The notes under the pieces are model-generated. The model was not told the DNA's origin, did not search any database, and worked only from the letters and a program-made list of their open reading frames with translations. A DNA stretch of 64,000 bases from Stegostoma tigrinum (lineage: Eukaryota): NCBI RefSeq assembly GCF_030684315.1, contig NC_081390.1:12958001-13022000 (forward strand), read 5' to 3'. Positions 49,548 through 62,029 of this stretch are shown here, piece by piece. Both the position numbers and the translations under genes were made by a program. Numbering within the stretch: the first letter of the stretch is position 1; the number at the start of each line of letters is the position of its first letter.

Positions 49548-50439
49548 GGACAACCAGCTGATGCTGTTATTGCCTCTTGCACAAGGTTTAAAATATTTTC
49601 TAACTGCAGAGGGATATTGCAATCCTTTTGGGCCGTTTACTGAAGTAATGTAACTGTATTATCTGCGACGTTTTGCACCGCGAATGTGTCCTGTAAGATT
49701 AATACAATAAAAAGATCACACAGTCCCTATGATCTACACAGCTATTTTCACTTTTGGAGATATGCATTGATCCACGATATTAGCGGCTCTCATTTCTTAT
49801 TCCCCAACACCAGACAAAGTCCGCCCAGGAAAAGCCACACAGTTTTGCAATCAACTGGACAACACTTGTATTCTGATTTCAGTTTTCCTTCAATTCGAAG
49901 TGAGAGTCGACTGCAGTAACTTGCAGGCAATTTCTCTGATTGTCCCGTCTTCACTATTGGACTTCTGAGCCACCTCATATTATCCGTTTGGGACAAAGGG
50001 TTAAGAGATGGTTGTGATTTTTCAAATAAACAAAATTGAAATACAATTTATCATCAATGATTCTGTGTGTACTGACATCGCAATATTAAAGAAAAAGTCA
50101 GAAGTTAGGGAATACTTTGCATTATTTGGATAGCCATTACCATTGTTTCAACCGAATGATCATATTCATTGTTTATTAAAGGAATTTTCTACCTGAAGGA
50201 ATAGTTTGTGATTTTCCATCACATCTAATTTCTCTAATTGTAACCCTTCCATAATATTTAACACTTTAAAAACAATTGTTTGTAACTCACAACGTGATGG
50301 AATAAAGCATATCATTATGTCACTTATTTGTAATGCCTTTTGTATGAAAATGAGATACCTGTGTGGTACGTGAAAAATATTTTCCAACACATTTTTTCCT
50401 CCTGCCTCCTAACACAATGGAACGTTGGAGAAATGCAAT

Positions 50440-50709
50440 GGGAGGGAATTTAAAGGTTCCCATGTATCTGCCAGCCTGGGGTAATTAGCCATTGGTCACA
50501 CTTTCTGGCAGTAACCCAGGCTGACGTCTGGCAGCAACCTGAGAAGTTGTGCAGTTTAGGCGATGACAGTGCGCACAGAGACAGTCATATGTTTTGCTCA
50601 GTAAACTGATAGGGGAGAAGGGCACAGCGCATCGCTTAGTAACTGGGGAATGGAGTAGGGGCAGGAAGGAAGAGCCCGTGAAACAAATTCACAGTAAGAA
50701 TTAAAGACG
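50440..50709 (+). promoter_or_regulatory. Candidate promoter and non-coding exon 1 of the DUSP13B-like gene
   Basis: Unique, relatively GC-rich segment with inverted CCAAT (~50491), CRE-like TGACGTCT (50522-50529), RFX half-site-like AGTAAC/AGCAAC, and a consensus donor ACG|GTAAGT at 50709|50710 that can pair with the acceptor at 54839. Confidence 0.5.
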
Positions 50710-51287
50710 GTAAGTTCCACAAATTGCATAACGGGGAGAGAGACAATGTTCGTGTCAGTTTAAAACTGTTCTTGCTGGCTGACAGGAATGCTTCAGAAGC
50801 AGACAGCTATTTTTACTGGAACAAATGTTGGATGGTCTGCAGCTTGAAAACCAAGTGCAGTTGATCTTTTTCAACTTTGGCCAAATGCTGTTCCTTGCTT
50901 TTGCATCTCAAAGCTTTTAACAGACAATGAGTTATGCCTTCTGATAGACAGTAATTGTTGCTAAATGGTCAAATGTGGCAGTAAATGTGCATCCCTACAG
51001 GAGAAAAGATTAAAATAAGTTAGCAAATACTGAATGGTGCATGGATTCATGCTATGATGGGCTATCATAAGGCATTAGATTGCAGATTTACATCTACGTG
51101 AATGTCCAGACATAACTGGGCTGTCACCAGATGATAGTTCACTGGACAAGAAGTGATATAAAAGTTAATGTCTGTATATACAACCAAATAAAAACAGAGC
51201 ATACCTGTAGGCAAAGAATGTTTCGGTGATTTTACTAGCTGTTTAACCAGTCTAAGTGCATAATAGAGTTTAAAGAAAATGACTGAT

Positions 51288-51802
51288 AGAACATAGAACA
51301 TAGAACATAGAACAGTACAGCACAGAACAGGCCCTTCAGCCCACGATGTTGTGCCGACCATTGATCCTCATGTATGCACCCTCAAATTTCTGTGACCATA
51401 TGCAGGTCCAGTAGTCTCTTAAATGACCCCAATGACCTTGCTTCCACAACTGCTGCTGGCAACGCATTCCATGCTCTCACAACTCTCTGTGTAAAGAACC
51501 CGCCTCTGACATCCCCTCTATACTTTCCTCCAACCAGTTTAAAACTATGACCCCTCATGCTAGCCATTTCTGCCCTGGGAAATAGTCTCTGGCTATCAAC
51601 TCTATCTATGCCTCTCATTATCTTGTATACCTCAATTGGGTCCCCTCTCCTCCTCCTTTTCTCCAATGAAAAGAGTCCGAGCTCAGTCAACCTCTCTTCA
51701 TAAGATAAGCCCTCCAGTCCAGGCAGCATCCTGGTAAACATCCTCTGAACCCTCTCTAAAGCATCCACATCTTTCCTATAATAGGGCGACCAGAACTGGA
51801 CG
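51288..51802 (-). mobile_element. Young CR1 LINE 3' end with (ATGTTCT)n tail
   Basis: Uninterrupted ORF2 C-terminus 51382-51768; AGAACAT repeats at 51288-51313. Confidence 0.9.
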
Positions 51803-52199
51803 ATGAAAGCAAATATTCAGTTTGGTCACCTTTCTTCATTAACAAGTAACTGGTACAGTTTCCACAAGTTCTCCTTTGTTAAATTTTAATGTTGCTTATT
51901 TTTTTTTAACCAGAAGGCCTAGAAAAATGATCACTGATTTCTGACAGTGAGGTTATTTTATTAATGTGGAATTAACATTCCATATGGGGAATGCTGCAAT
52001 TGACCACAATTATACTTATTCGCTTCTAAAGGTGTACATGCAGTAAATGGAAGCAAGTTGAAGTTAAGAAGCTTTTCAATGTAGTTTGAGAGTGCATCTC
52101 TGAAGTTACATCCCTGTTCTTCTCTGATGATTGTTGTGCTAAGTAGATGTCATGTTCAGACAAACACCTGCCCAGCTTTCAATGAGTGTGCTTCATTAA

Positions 52200-52495
52200 T
52201 GGCACGGTGGCTCAGTGGTTAGCACTGCAGCCTCACAGCACCAGGGACCCAGGTTCAATTCCAGCCTCAGGTAACTGTCTCCATTCTCCCCATGTCTGTG
52301 TGGGTTTCCTCCGGGTGCTCCAGTTTCCTCCCACAGTCCAAAGATGTGCAGGCTCGGTGGATTGGCCATGCTAAATTGCCCATAGTGTTCAGGGGTATGT
52401 GGGTTATAGGGGAATGGGTCTGGGTGGGATGCCTCAAGGGGCGGTGTGGACTTGTTGGGCCAAAGGCCCTGTTTCCACACCGTAGGGAATCTAAT
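52200..52495 (+). mobile_element. HE1-type SINE
   Basis: GGCACGGTGGCTCAGTGGTTAGCACTGCAGCCTCAC head plus core and tail. Confidence 0.85.
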
Positions 52496-52589
52496 CGACA
52501 GGATTCACACTTGCAGTCAAAGTAACTTCAACTATTGGGATACAATATCCAATGGTATAACATTCAACATTAAAAATCTGTTCAAAAAC

Positions 52590-52800
52590 AAAGCTGGCTG
52601 GAAAAACTCAGCAGGTCTGGCCGCATCTGTTGAGAAAAGCAGAGTTAATGTTTTGGGTCCAGTGATCATTCTTCAGAACTCAGACTTAAAATGTTAACTC
52701 TGCTTTCTCGCCACAGATGCTGCCAGACCTGCTGAGTTTTTCCAGCAATTGTTGTTCTTGTTTCTGACTTCCAATATCTGCAGTTCTTTGATTTTGTTTT
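52590..52800. mobile_element. Fold-back PLE-derived short element with degenerate hammerhead (similar degenerate copies ~5950-6100, 6775-6865, 10035-10140, 17315-17445, 17750-18065, 25430-25555, 29945-30125, 54275-54360)
   Basis: Arms gctggaaaaactcagcaggtctgg / ccagacctgctgagtttttccagc; minus strand CTGAAGA...CCCAAAACATT. Confidence 0.7.
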
Positions 52801-53357
52801 GAAAGTTCTGCTCAATGGTTTCCACAACAATTAATGTACGTTTAATAACAAAAAGCTGCTCGAACTAAATAATCTGATATTGATAGTTTAGTTCATTAAT
52901 AACTGACATAGCCTTGTTCAGATAGGGGATCTAAACAGAAAGATGTAAGTTAATGTCCTCATTGATCTTCCTGGCAACAAAAGGACAAGACAAATAGATT
53001 TGATTTCATCGTGCTTTAATTACTATCATTGCTATCCAATACCAGGGCAGCAATGCAGATATAATGGAATATCTTGTACTCTGCCTTGTCTTTTTCTTCT
53101 ACTTGTGGGTGTGAATGACTGATAAGAAAAAAGTTTAAAAATAGATAGAGCTCAAGCTGAAGTAAATGAACTTGATGCATATTTTTCTGCTGGCATACAT
53201 GAATCAAATACTATTTCAGAATCTGGATGATTGTCCATATAAAGTAAGGCAGTAAAAAATGTCTAAAAGTTTTTGGAAGACTATACATGTTGTCTATCTT
53301 TAGGTCTAGGCTTGTGCCTAGAGAAAAAGACTCTGTGTGGTGAGAGTACTTTAAGGT

Positions 53358-53706
53358 TAGAATCATAAAATCCCCTACAGTATTGAAGCAGGCCGTTTAG
53401 CCCATCAAGTCCACACTGAACCTCCGAAAAGCATCCCACCGAGATCATATTTCTGCAACGCTGCATTTCCCACAGTCAATCCACCTAACCTGTACATCCC
53501 TAGATACAACAGGACAATTTGACATGACCCATCCATCAAAACTGCACATCTTTGGACTGTGGGAGGAAACCAGAGCACCCAGAGGAAACCCACACAGACA
53601 CAGGGAGAATGTGCAAATTCCACACAGTCAGGCAAATGAGGGTGGAATCAAATCCAAGTCCCTGGTGCCATGAGGAGTAGTGCTAACACTTCAGCCACTG
53701 TGCCAC
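53358..53706 (-). mobile_element. HE1-type SINE
   Basis: Reverse-complement match to the other copies. Confidence 0.8.
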
Positions 53707-54841
53707 CCAGCAGTTAGGTACAGCAAAACTATTTCCCCTGCTGCAGAAACCAGAGTAAGATAACACAGTCTCAAAATTAAACAAACACTACGGAGGACTG
53801 ATTTTAAGAAATGTATTTTTCAGATAAAGATCAATGGAAATCTGGAAACCCTGTCCACCCCAAAGACTAGGAGAGATGTTGATGAACTGGATTTCCAAGT
53901 CCAAAATTGGTGGATATATGTTAGATTTAGGAATCAAAGGTATGAAGCAAAGATATGGGAATAGAGTTCAGGTGTAGGTCAGCCCTTTAGGTATTGGTGG
54001 GTCTGGATATGAAAGGCTGGGAATGGGAGGTTGGGTAGTTTGACTTCCATAGGAGAAGAGAACCTACCAAAGGAAGTACCTACTCCCTCTTCTTGTCTCA
54101 CCCAGTAAAATGTGCCAGGCTTTCCAACTAGGTAGATAAAATGATTGAGAGATTTGGCACAAGGTGTTTATCTGGGCAGTAATTTTCTATATAATGATCT
54201 CTTAAGCTCCAGGGGTGGATCACTGCCTCCACCCATCAGTAAAAGGGATGAAAAGCCAGGGTAGGCAGGCCCATTCCTGAAAAACAATTGCTGAACTTGA
54301 AATGTTAACTCTACTTTCTCTCCACAGAGGATGCCAGACCTGCTGAGATTCTCTGTTTCTGGGCAGGTCACATGCTGTGTTCATTCAGCCATCTCCCATT
54401 CCTGGCATCCTGCTGCGCCGTGGAATTCGAGGTGGAAAATCCAGTCAGTTACATCCCTGAGTTTTTAATTGTTCACACAATGTGGGAAATACAAAGGATT
54501 AAATTGTAAATATCCACTAACTGGCAGCAAAAGATATCCAAAACGTTAGCTGGAAACATTCAACAGCCTGACTATCTGGCCTTAATCAAGGAATTGTATC
54601 AATAAGAAAACTGAAAGTCTAATCCCGTAGTGACATATCTGATTGCAGAATTTGCACAGCAAATTTACAATGAATTGTAGTAAATGAAACACACACGGAC
54701 TCTCAAACTGACTCAACCACTCATTCCAGTTTCTATTCTTCATTTTACAATCATTATGCTTTAAAAACAGTGACAAGACTCAATAGCAACACGGAAGTAC
54801 AACTTTTAAAAGAAATAATAACAAACCCTTGCATTTCAGAA

Positions 54842-54993
54842 ATGGACACCCTTGTATCACGGTCTGGTTTAACACAGAGGAAGGATGAGTATGAGCCTCC
54901 GAGTATATCAGACCTCAATCGGCTTCTGTGGACCAAAGCTGGAGGAAGTGGACACGTGGATCGCGTTTGGCCAAACCTACACCTGGGAGATGC
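54842..54993 (+). CDS. DUSP13B: DUSP13B (TMDP)-like phosphatase, coding exon 1
   Basis: Acceptor tttcAG|AA ATG; MDTL...YEPPSISDLNRLLW...HVDRVWPNLHLGDA resembles human TMDP MDSL...YQPPTLASLQRLLW...HIDEVWPSLFLGDA; phase-2 donor GC|GTAAGA at 54994. Confidence 0.88.
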
Positions 54994-55869
54994 GTAAGAG
55001 CATGCCTGCAAAAGATTACTCAGTTAACAGCCCTTGTTGCATTGTCAAATACAGGGTGGGTATTAAAAAGGAGCAGGAAACCAGTGGGAATAGGCTCCTG
55101 AGAGTTAATGTCTTACTCAGCAGACAGTCTGGCGTTTTTAATCACTTGGACTCATTGACATTACACTACCTGCAGGGGTTAGTGGAGTAGCCCAAGCCAC
55201 TCACTGATTCCAGGTAAGTACTGCAAAACAGGGCCCAAGGACAGAAAGGTGAGGGCTGGGAGTGTTGGGAGACTGGTGCAGGTGTCGTTCCCTGTAGGGA
55301 CAGCATCGTGCTTCTCCGAGGCTTGGAACAGGAGAATTAAAATCTGTCTTACAGGCCAGAGGCCCTTGTGCCATTGTTGTTTCTGGCAACAGGTTAAGGC
55401 TGAATGTAATGATCAGCTCTCACTAGGTTTAACAGAATCACAGGATTCTTACAGGGCAGATGGAGGCCATTTGGCCCACTGTGACTGTGCTGTAGTTGTT
55501 TGAATGATTGTTTCACTTAATGCCCTTCTCCCTGTAACCCTGCAGTTTGTTCCTTTTCAACTAACAGTCTAACGCCCTTTTGAACACATTGACCTACTTC
55601 CACCACACTTGAGGTGATTATTTAACGTGCCCTCACAGCTTCATTAGTTAAAACTGGAACTGGTTATTGGTCATGGACAAGTAAGCAATGTGCTCACTTG
55701 AACTACTCACCAGAACAGTACAAATGTTCATTGAAATGTTATGGATACTTCCAAGTGCTTTTTTTAGGTCTTATTTTACATATCATTTTCATTCTATTAT
55801 TTTATTTTTGTTTCAGGTGCACGTAGTTAGTGGCATGTTCTGCAGAAACGATGGGCTTAGAACACTAAT

Positions 55870-57115
55870 ACCCACTGAGCCGGTGGATTTGGTGCAAACA
55901 TTCTGTCACCATTAGGTAACACTGTCAGTGTGCCCCCAGTGAAGCGTCAGTGTTCTGTCCCGCTTATTATTTATGTGCCTCAGTTTGCTGGGGTGGTGAA
56001 TATTATTTCCAGTTTCTCAGTGGTTGGTATACCAGCTCTAATTCAATGTGTTTGTGGATGGATTCTGGTTGGAATACCAGGCCTCCAGAAACTCCCTGGC
56101 GTGTCTCTGTTTGGCTCGTGCCATTATGGATTGTGGATGCCAGTCGAGTTCATGTCCCTCATTGTCTGTGTGTAGAGAGGTAAGTGAGAATTGGTCAGGT
56201 CTCTTGGTGGTGAGTTGGTGTTGGTGTATCCATATTGTCAATTTTCTTCCAGTTTGGTCTATGTTGTGTTTCGCACAGTTCTTGCATGGTATTTACTAAA
56301 TTACACAGTTTTGCTGGTTTTGGGTATGGGGTCCTTGACGTTCTTCAGTAGCTGTCATAGGGTGGTTGTTGGTTTGTGGGCTACCCTGATACCTAGGGAT
56401 CTGAGTAGTCTTGTGGTCATCTCTGAAATGTCCTTGATGTACAATAGGGTGATAGGTAATTCTGGTCATGTTGTGTCTTCTTGTTGTGGTCTGATTAGAG
56501 GTGGTGGCGGATTGTATTTTTTGGGTATCCATTCCTTTTGAAGGCTTCGTATAGGTGCTCCTGTTCTGCTTTGCATAGTTCCAGGTTGCTGCGATGTGTT
56601 ATGGCTTGTTTAAACAGTGTCCTGATGCAACTCCATTTGTGGGCATTGGGGTGTTTGTCAGTGTGACTGAGTATCTGGTCTTATGTGTGGTCTTTCTATA
56701 TATGCTAGCCTGGAGTCCCCCGTTGTTTTTGCGTTGTACCATTTTGTCCAGGAAGGGTAGTTGTTGCTGTTCTCTTCTTTTGTGAATTTTATCCCAGTGA
56801 AGATGTTGCTTATGTGTAGGTGGGTTTCTTCCGGTTTGGTGCGTTTAATAATCACCAAGGTGTAATCTCCATATTGGACCCAAAGTTAAGGTTGTATAGT
56901 GGGGAGCTTTGTCCGTTCTAACCTTTTTTATTACAGCTTCTGCAATCAGTCCTGATATTGGGAATCCCATTGGTGTTCTGTTGATATGTTTGCATAAATC
57001 GATGACGATGTAACCTAGCAGGGTGGCGAAACATTTGCAATCAAACCCACTGGCTCAGCGAGCATGTCTACAACCTCATGCACAACCCGAGCAACAAATC
57101 TTCTCAAAAACTTTA
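55870..57115 (-). mobile_element. Penelope/Poseidon-type PLE fragment with an inverted pLTR at its far end; in the DUSP13B-like intron
   Basis: Same family as 45403-46653 (ARAKQRHAREFLEAWYS); degenerate hammerhead boxes at ~55895-55928 (minus) and ~57002-57036 (plus, TGACGA...GGTGGCGAAAC). Confidence 0.8.
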
Positions 57116-57539
57116 AACATCTAATGCTGTGTTGGCTCAGGCACTACCCAGGCCTGCTTTAAATCGGTGTGGTGTGCAGTTTATCAGTAGTCTGCCCAGC
57201 AAGTGTGCCTTGTTCTCAGCGTACCTGAATGTGGAGGGGCGGCAGTGACTAGTGTGGACTGCTGCTTGGCTATGAAAACTAACTATGAGAACCTGAACTT
57301 CGAGACCCTACCTGAAAACCTCTGTCAGTATCAGACCTGGAAGTGGAGAGATAACTGGTGATCTGCACTGAGACAAGAGATTGACAGCTGTGAGGTGTTC
57401 GGCTCTAGCAATGTCTGGGTAAATGCCTGTGTTTGTGCGTGTGAGGGCAGTGAAATTGCCTATCATCGCCACCACAACAAGTCACTGAAAGCATTTTATG
57501 TACTAAACCAGCTTAAAATAATTATTTAATGTTCTCCAG

Positions 57540-57760
57540 GTGGACTGCTCGAGACAAGGGAACTCTAAAGAGACTGAGGATTACACACATCCTCAATGCT
57601 GCTGATGGAAAGTTCAATATTAACACCGGAGCCACATATTATAAGGACATGGGGATACATTACTATGGAGTAGAAGCATTTGATGACCCAAACTTCAACC
57701 TTAGCCCTTTCTTTTACCCAGCTGCTAAATTCATCAGAGCTGGACTAAACACACTTGGTG
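57540..57760 (+). CDS. DUSP13B: DUSP13B-like coding exon 2 (catalytic exon 3 not found inside the window)
   Basis: Acceptor ttctccAG|G; WTARDKGTLKRLRITHILNAADGKFNINTGATYYKDMGIHYYGVEAFDDPNFNLSPFFYPAAKFIRAGL resembles TMDP AARDK...NAAAGKFQVDTGAKFYRGM..EYYGIEADDNPFFDLSVYF; donor G|GTAAGT at 57761. Confidence 0.9.
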
Positions 57761-58092
57761 GTAAGTAAATGTCCAGGGTTATTTCAAAGTAAGGTCAGAT
57801 CTATCGTCTCATATGGTCCTGCTCTTTAGGTTTCATCACATTTCCATCTGCAATGGGATTAGAAAAAAGGGAAAAGTTTTACGCCACTTGTAAGAAGTGG
57901 TACACTTTATTACCTGGAACCGAGGTGGAATTTTTCCTGGTACAAGCAGAGATTTCTTTGTGTTTATAGCATGTTACACAAGCCCTGATTCTTTAGTGCA
58001 GCCGTGAATGGAACCCACCAAAACACTTTTCCAGGCAATTGCTCCTAGCTTTTTACAGACAATACAATACATAACAAAAAGTTGTTTTAACT

Positions 58093-61075
58093 AAAAACAA
58101 CTGAAAGAACTGCGGATGCTGTAAATCAGGAACAAAAACAAAGTTGCTGGAAAAGCTCAGGAGGTCTGGTGGCATCTGTGAAGGAAGAAACAAAGTTAAT
58201 GTTTCGGGTCCGGTGACCCTTCCTCAGAACTGATGGTGGCTGGGAAAACGCCAGTTTAGATGCAAGAAATGGGGAGGTGGATGGGGTAGGGAGTAAATGA
58301 TAGGATAGAGCCCACAGAGAGAGAACGCAGTTGGACAGACAAAGGAGTTGCTAATGATCAGGCTGGGAGGGTGAATAGTTGTTAATGGGGACTGTTAGTG
58401 ACTAACAACGTGGGGGCGTGTAGTGGCAGGCTATGTGGTAACAAGGCCCGGTGTGTGGGGTGGGGGGACTGGGACATGGGGGAGTTAAAGCCCTAAAATT
58501 ATTGAACTCAATATTGAGTGCGGAGGGCTGCAGGGTTCCCAAGTGGAAAATGAGGTGTTGTTTCTCCAGCTTGCGCTGGGCTTTGCTGGAACACTGGAGC
58601 AAGCCGGAGACAGAGATGTTGGCCAGTGAGCAAGGTGGTCCGTTGAAATGGCAGGCAACAGGTAGTTCAGGGATTTTTTTACGAGCAGAACGTAGATGCT
58701 CTGCGAAGTGGTCGCTAAGTCTACGCTTCGTTTCCCCAGTGTAGAGGAGGCCATATTGTGAGCAGTGAATGCAGTAGGCTAGATTGTGGGAAGTGCAGGT
58801 GAAATGTTGCTTCACCTGGAAGGTATGTTTGGGCCCTTGGATACTGGGGAGGGAGGAGGTAAATGGGCGGGTGTTGCACCTTCGCCGGTTGCAGGGGAAG
58901 GTGCCATAGGGCTGTGGGGAGGTGTTGGGGGTGAAGAAAGTGAGGACCAGGGTGTCCCTGAGGGAACAGACCCTGCAGAAGGCGGACAAGAGAGGGGAGG
59001 GGAATATGTGTCTGGAGGTTGCATCTCACTGGAGGTGGCGGAAATGGCGTCTGATGATCTTCTGGATGTGGATGCTGGTGGGATGGTCAGTGAGCATAAG
59101 GGATTGAGGATAAGGTAGGATAAGGCTTTTGTGAGAGGGAAGAGAAGGGGTGAGGGTGGAAGTGCAGGAAATGGGGCGGACCTGTTTGAGGGCCTGATCA
59201 ACAATGGAGCTGGGAATCCTCGGTTGAGGAAGAAGGTGGACATTTTTGAAGCTCCCTTGTCAAAGTTGGTCTCATCTGAACATATGTGACGGAGACAGAG
59301 GACCTGAGAGAATGGGATGAAGTCTTTACAGGAAGCAGGGTGTGAGGACATACAGTCCAGGTAGCTGTGGCAGTCAGTGGGTTTGTAAAGGATATTTGTG
59401 GCCAGTCTATCCCCAAAAATGTAAACAGAAATGTTGAGGATGGGAAGGGAGGAGTCAGAGATAAACCAGGTGAATGTGAGGGCAGGGTGGAAATTGGAGG
59501 CCAAATTGATGAAGTTTTCCAATTCTAGAGAGAGAGGGAAGCAGCACTGATGACATCATCGATGTATCCGAGAAAGAGTTGTGGGTGGGTGCCTCTGAAA
59601 TAGGACAGGAACAAGGAATGTTCCATGTACCCCATGAAGAGACAGGCTAACTGGGGCCCATGTGGGTACCCACAGCAACCCCTCTTACCTGAAAAAAATG
59701 AGGGCAGTTGAAAGAGAAGTTGTTGAGGGTGAGGACACACTCGGCCAAGCAGGGGAGTGTAATAGTGGGTCCTATCGCAGGTTCAGGTCCTTGCTCCACA
59801 AAGAAGCAGACAGCCCTAAGACCATCCTGGTGGGGAATGGACGTGTAAAGGGATTGCAGGACCATGGTGAAAAGGAGGAGACTGGAACCGATAAACTGGA
59901 AGTTTTGAAACCAGTGTTAGGTCTCAGAGGAATCATGGGCAGGGATTGGACCAGTGGGGAGAAGACTGAGTCAAGGTAGGAAGAGATAAGTTCTGTGGGG
60001 CAGGAGCAGGCTGAAACAATGGGTCTGCCCCGGACAGTCCTGTTTGTGGATTTTTGGCAGGAGGTAGAAATGAGCTGTGCAGGATTGGGGGCCTATTAGC
60101 TGGAAGGCGGATGGAGGATGATCACCACATGAAATGAGATCAGTAACCGCAGTGGATACAATGACCTGATGTGCCATGGTGGGGTCATGGTCCACGGGAA
60201 GGTAGGAGGGGGTACCTGAGAGCTGGCGCTCAGCCTCTGTAAGGTAGAGGTCAGTACGCCAGACTATAGCAGCACCACCCTTATCGGCAGGCTTAGTGAC
60301 AGAGTTAGGGTTGGATCTGAGTGCACGGAGTGCAGTCAGCTCGGAGGGAGATAGGTTGGATTTAGTGAAGAGGGCAGCAAAATTGAGATGGCTAATGTCA
60401 CGTTGACAGTTCTCGGGTAAAAGGCCGGAGGGAGGGGTCCAGGTGGAGGGAGAGCGTTGGAACTGGGCGAAAGGGTCTGTGGGCTGGGAGAGGGCTCTTG
60501 TCCAAAGAAATGAACATAGAAGTGAAGACAGCAGGAGAAGAGTTCGGGGTCATGTCATGCCCAAAATCCCTAAAGGTGGAGATGCAGATGGATAAAGCTG
60601 AGGCCTTTGCTGAGTACAGAGCATTGAGGGTCAGACAGCAGAAGGTTAGGGGGGATGTGAATACCTTACAGGAGGTGGGGATGGGCGTGGGTGGGGGGTT
60701 TGGGGGAGGGGATGGAGTCAGAGGGAAGGGATGGGGTGGAAGGTCTAAGAGGGTCATGGGTATTTTTGAGTTGTTGCATCTGTGGGCCTTGATGCCTGAA
60801 AGGAAAGTTTCTTGTCAGCACAGCGAATGAGCTGGAGGATGAAGTGGAACTGCAGAGTGGTGCAGCCCTGAGCCAGTGTGTTGCAATGCTGTTAGAGAGA
60901 AAGGTTGAGAGTGCGCATGTGACGCCGCACAGCACAGAGTGTGGATCTCAGGATGTGGCGAGAGCAGCTGTCTGTGAAACATTGAACATCATGGAGATAA
61001 CTGTGATCCTGGGAGGATTCAAAACATGAGGGATGAAACTTCAGTTGAAATCCACGTGGGGCGGATCTGAGCCAG
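58093..61075 (-). mobile_element. Penelope-like retroelement (Neptune-type), degenerate RT + GIY-YIG, hammerhead-bearing 3' end, 13-bp TSD
   Basis: Minus-strand fragments SLYTSIPHQDGL, NNFSFN..FQVRGVAVGTHMGPS, FLGYIDD (PLE RT); FPCNRRRCNT linker; NLAYCIHC..LLYTGETKRRL..FAEH (GIY-YIG). AGTTGTTTTAACT duplicated at 58080-58092 and 61076-61088. Confidence 0.88.
58194..58231 (-). ncRNA. Minimal type I hammerhead ribozyme motif at the PLE 3' end
   Basis: Minus strand AGTT-CTGAGGA-A-GGGTC-ACCG-GACCC-GAAA-CATT-AACT: helix I (AGUU/AACU), CUGANGA box, helix II, GAAA box; one probable CpG-decay change (CGUU to CAUU). Confidence 0.7.
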
Positions 61076-62029
61076 AGTTGTTTTAACTCTTCGCTATGAA
61101 CTGATGCTTGGTAACACAGCCCATGGAATCTGAAATCAGATTAAAAGTCAACCCTGAGCAGCACAAACACGAATTGTCACATTGCTATGAAGGAAGATGA
61201 TGGAGATAAAAACACTGTTTATCTGAATCAGATTACCTGATGTGTGACAGAGACCTATTTAAGTCCATATCAATTTGGAAATGCAAACTCCAGTTTTCCT
61301 GTCCATAAAGTCAACAACCAGTAAAATGTACATTGTTCTGAAGAGATCCACTTAACACTCTACGGGAAAATGTTTCTCAGATTGGCCTTTGCATTATATT
61401 TCCTTGAGAATACTTGATAAATACACACCTATATCTGTAGCGTCTGCTAGCTCCAATGTTTCAGAACCTTTTAACTGAACTGTTTATTTTTGGGTTTCCC
61501 AGGCCATTGGACAATATTTATTATTCTTTCCCAATAAGTCTTATAAACCCTGTTGTACTCAAATAGATCCTGAATATTAGCATATGAATCACCACTGATA
61601 AGGATGAGCTTTGTGTTGTTACATTATACTGCATTAGCAGGTAGAAAACGATGCCAGCAATTCCCAGAGTTATCTCAGAAGTTAAAGATTTTACAAAAGT
61701 ATACTAAAATCTACAATTTACTCACCTGTTAGACCCAAGTTGACAGGAAGGGCAGACTAGCACTTAGCAAGAATGACTATTTATTGCAAATGAATAGTTT
61801 TTAGCTCCATGTAAACAATTACGAATCATTGATATGTAACTCTACTAAAGGAAACTCTAATCCTTTTATAAAAAGTATTGGTGTTATAGGTAAGGGAAAG
61901 GCTAGGAATGCAGTTCATTGGTCCCCGTCCATGTAATTTGCTGAGATCACTGTTTGGCTTGTCAGGATCTGCTGCTCCTCACCCAACCGGTGGAAGAGTT
62001 GGCCCCTGATACCCATTGGTTCCATTTTA

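Noticed and set aside
54770-54841. N-terminal extension of the DUSP13B-like ORF given in the ORF track
   Set aside because: Starts at GTG in AT-rich sequence ending in an acceptor (tttcAG, 54839); homology to TMDP begins at ATG 54842.
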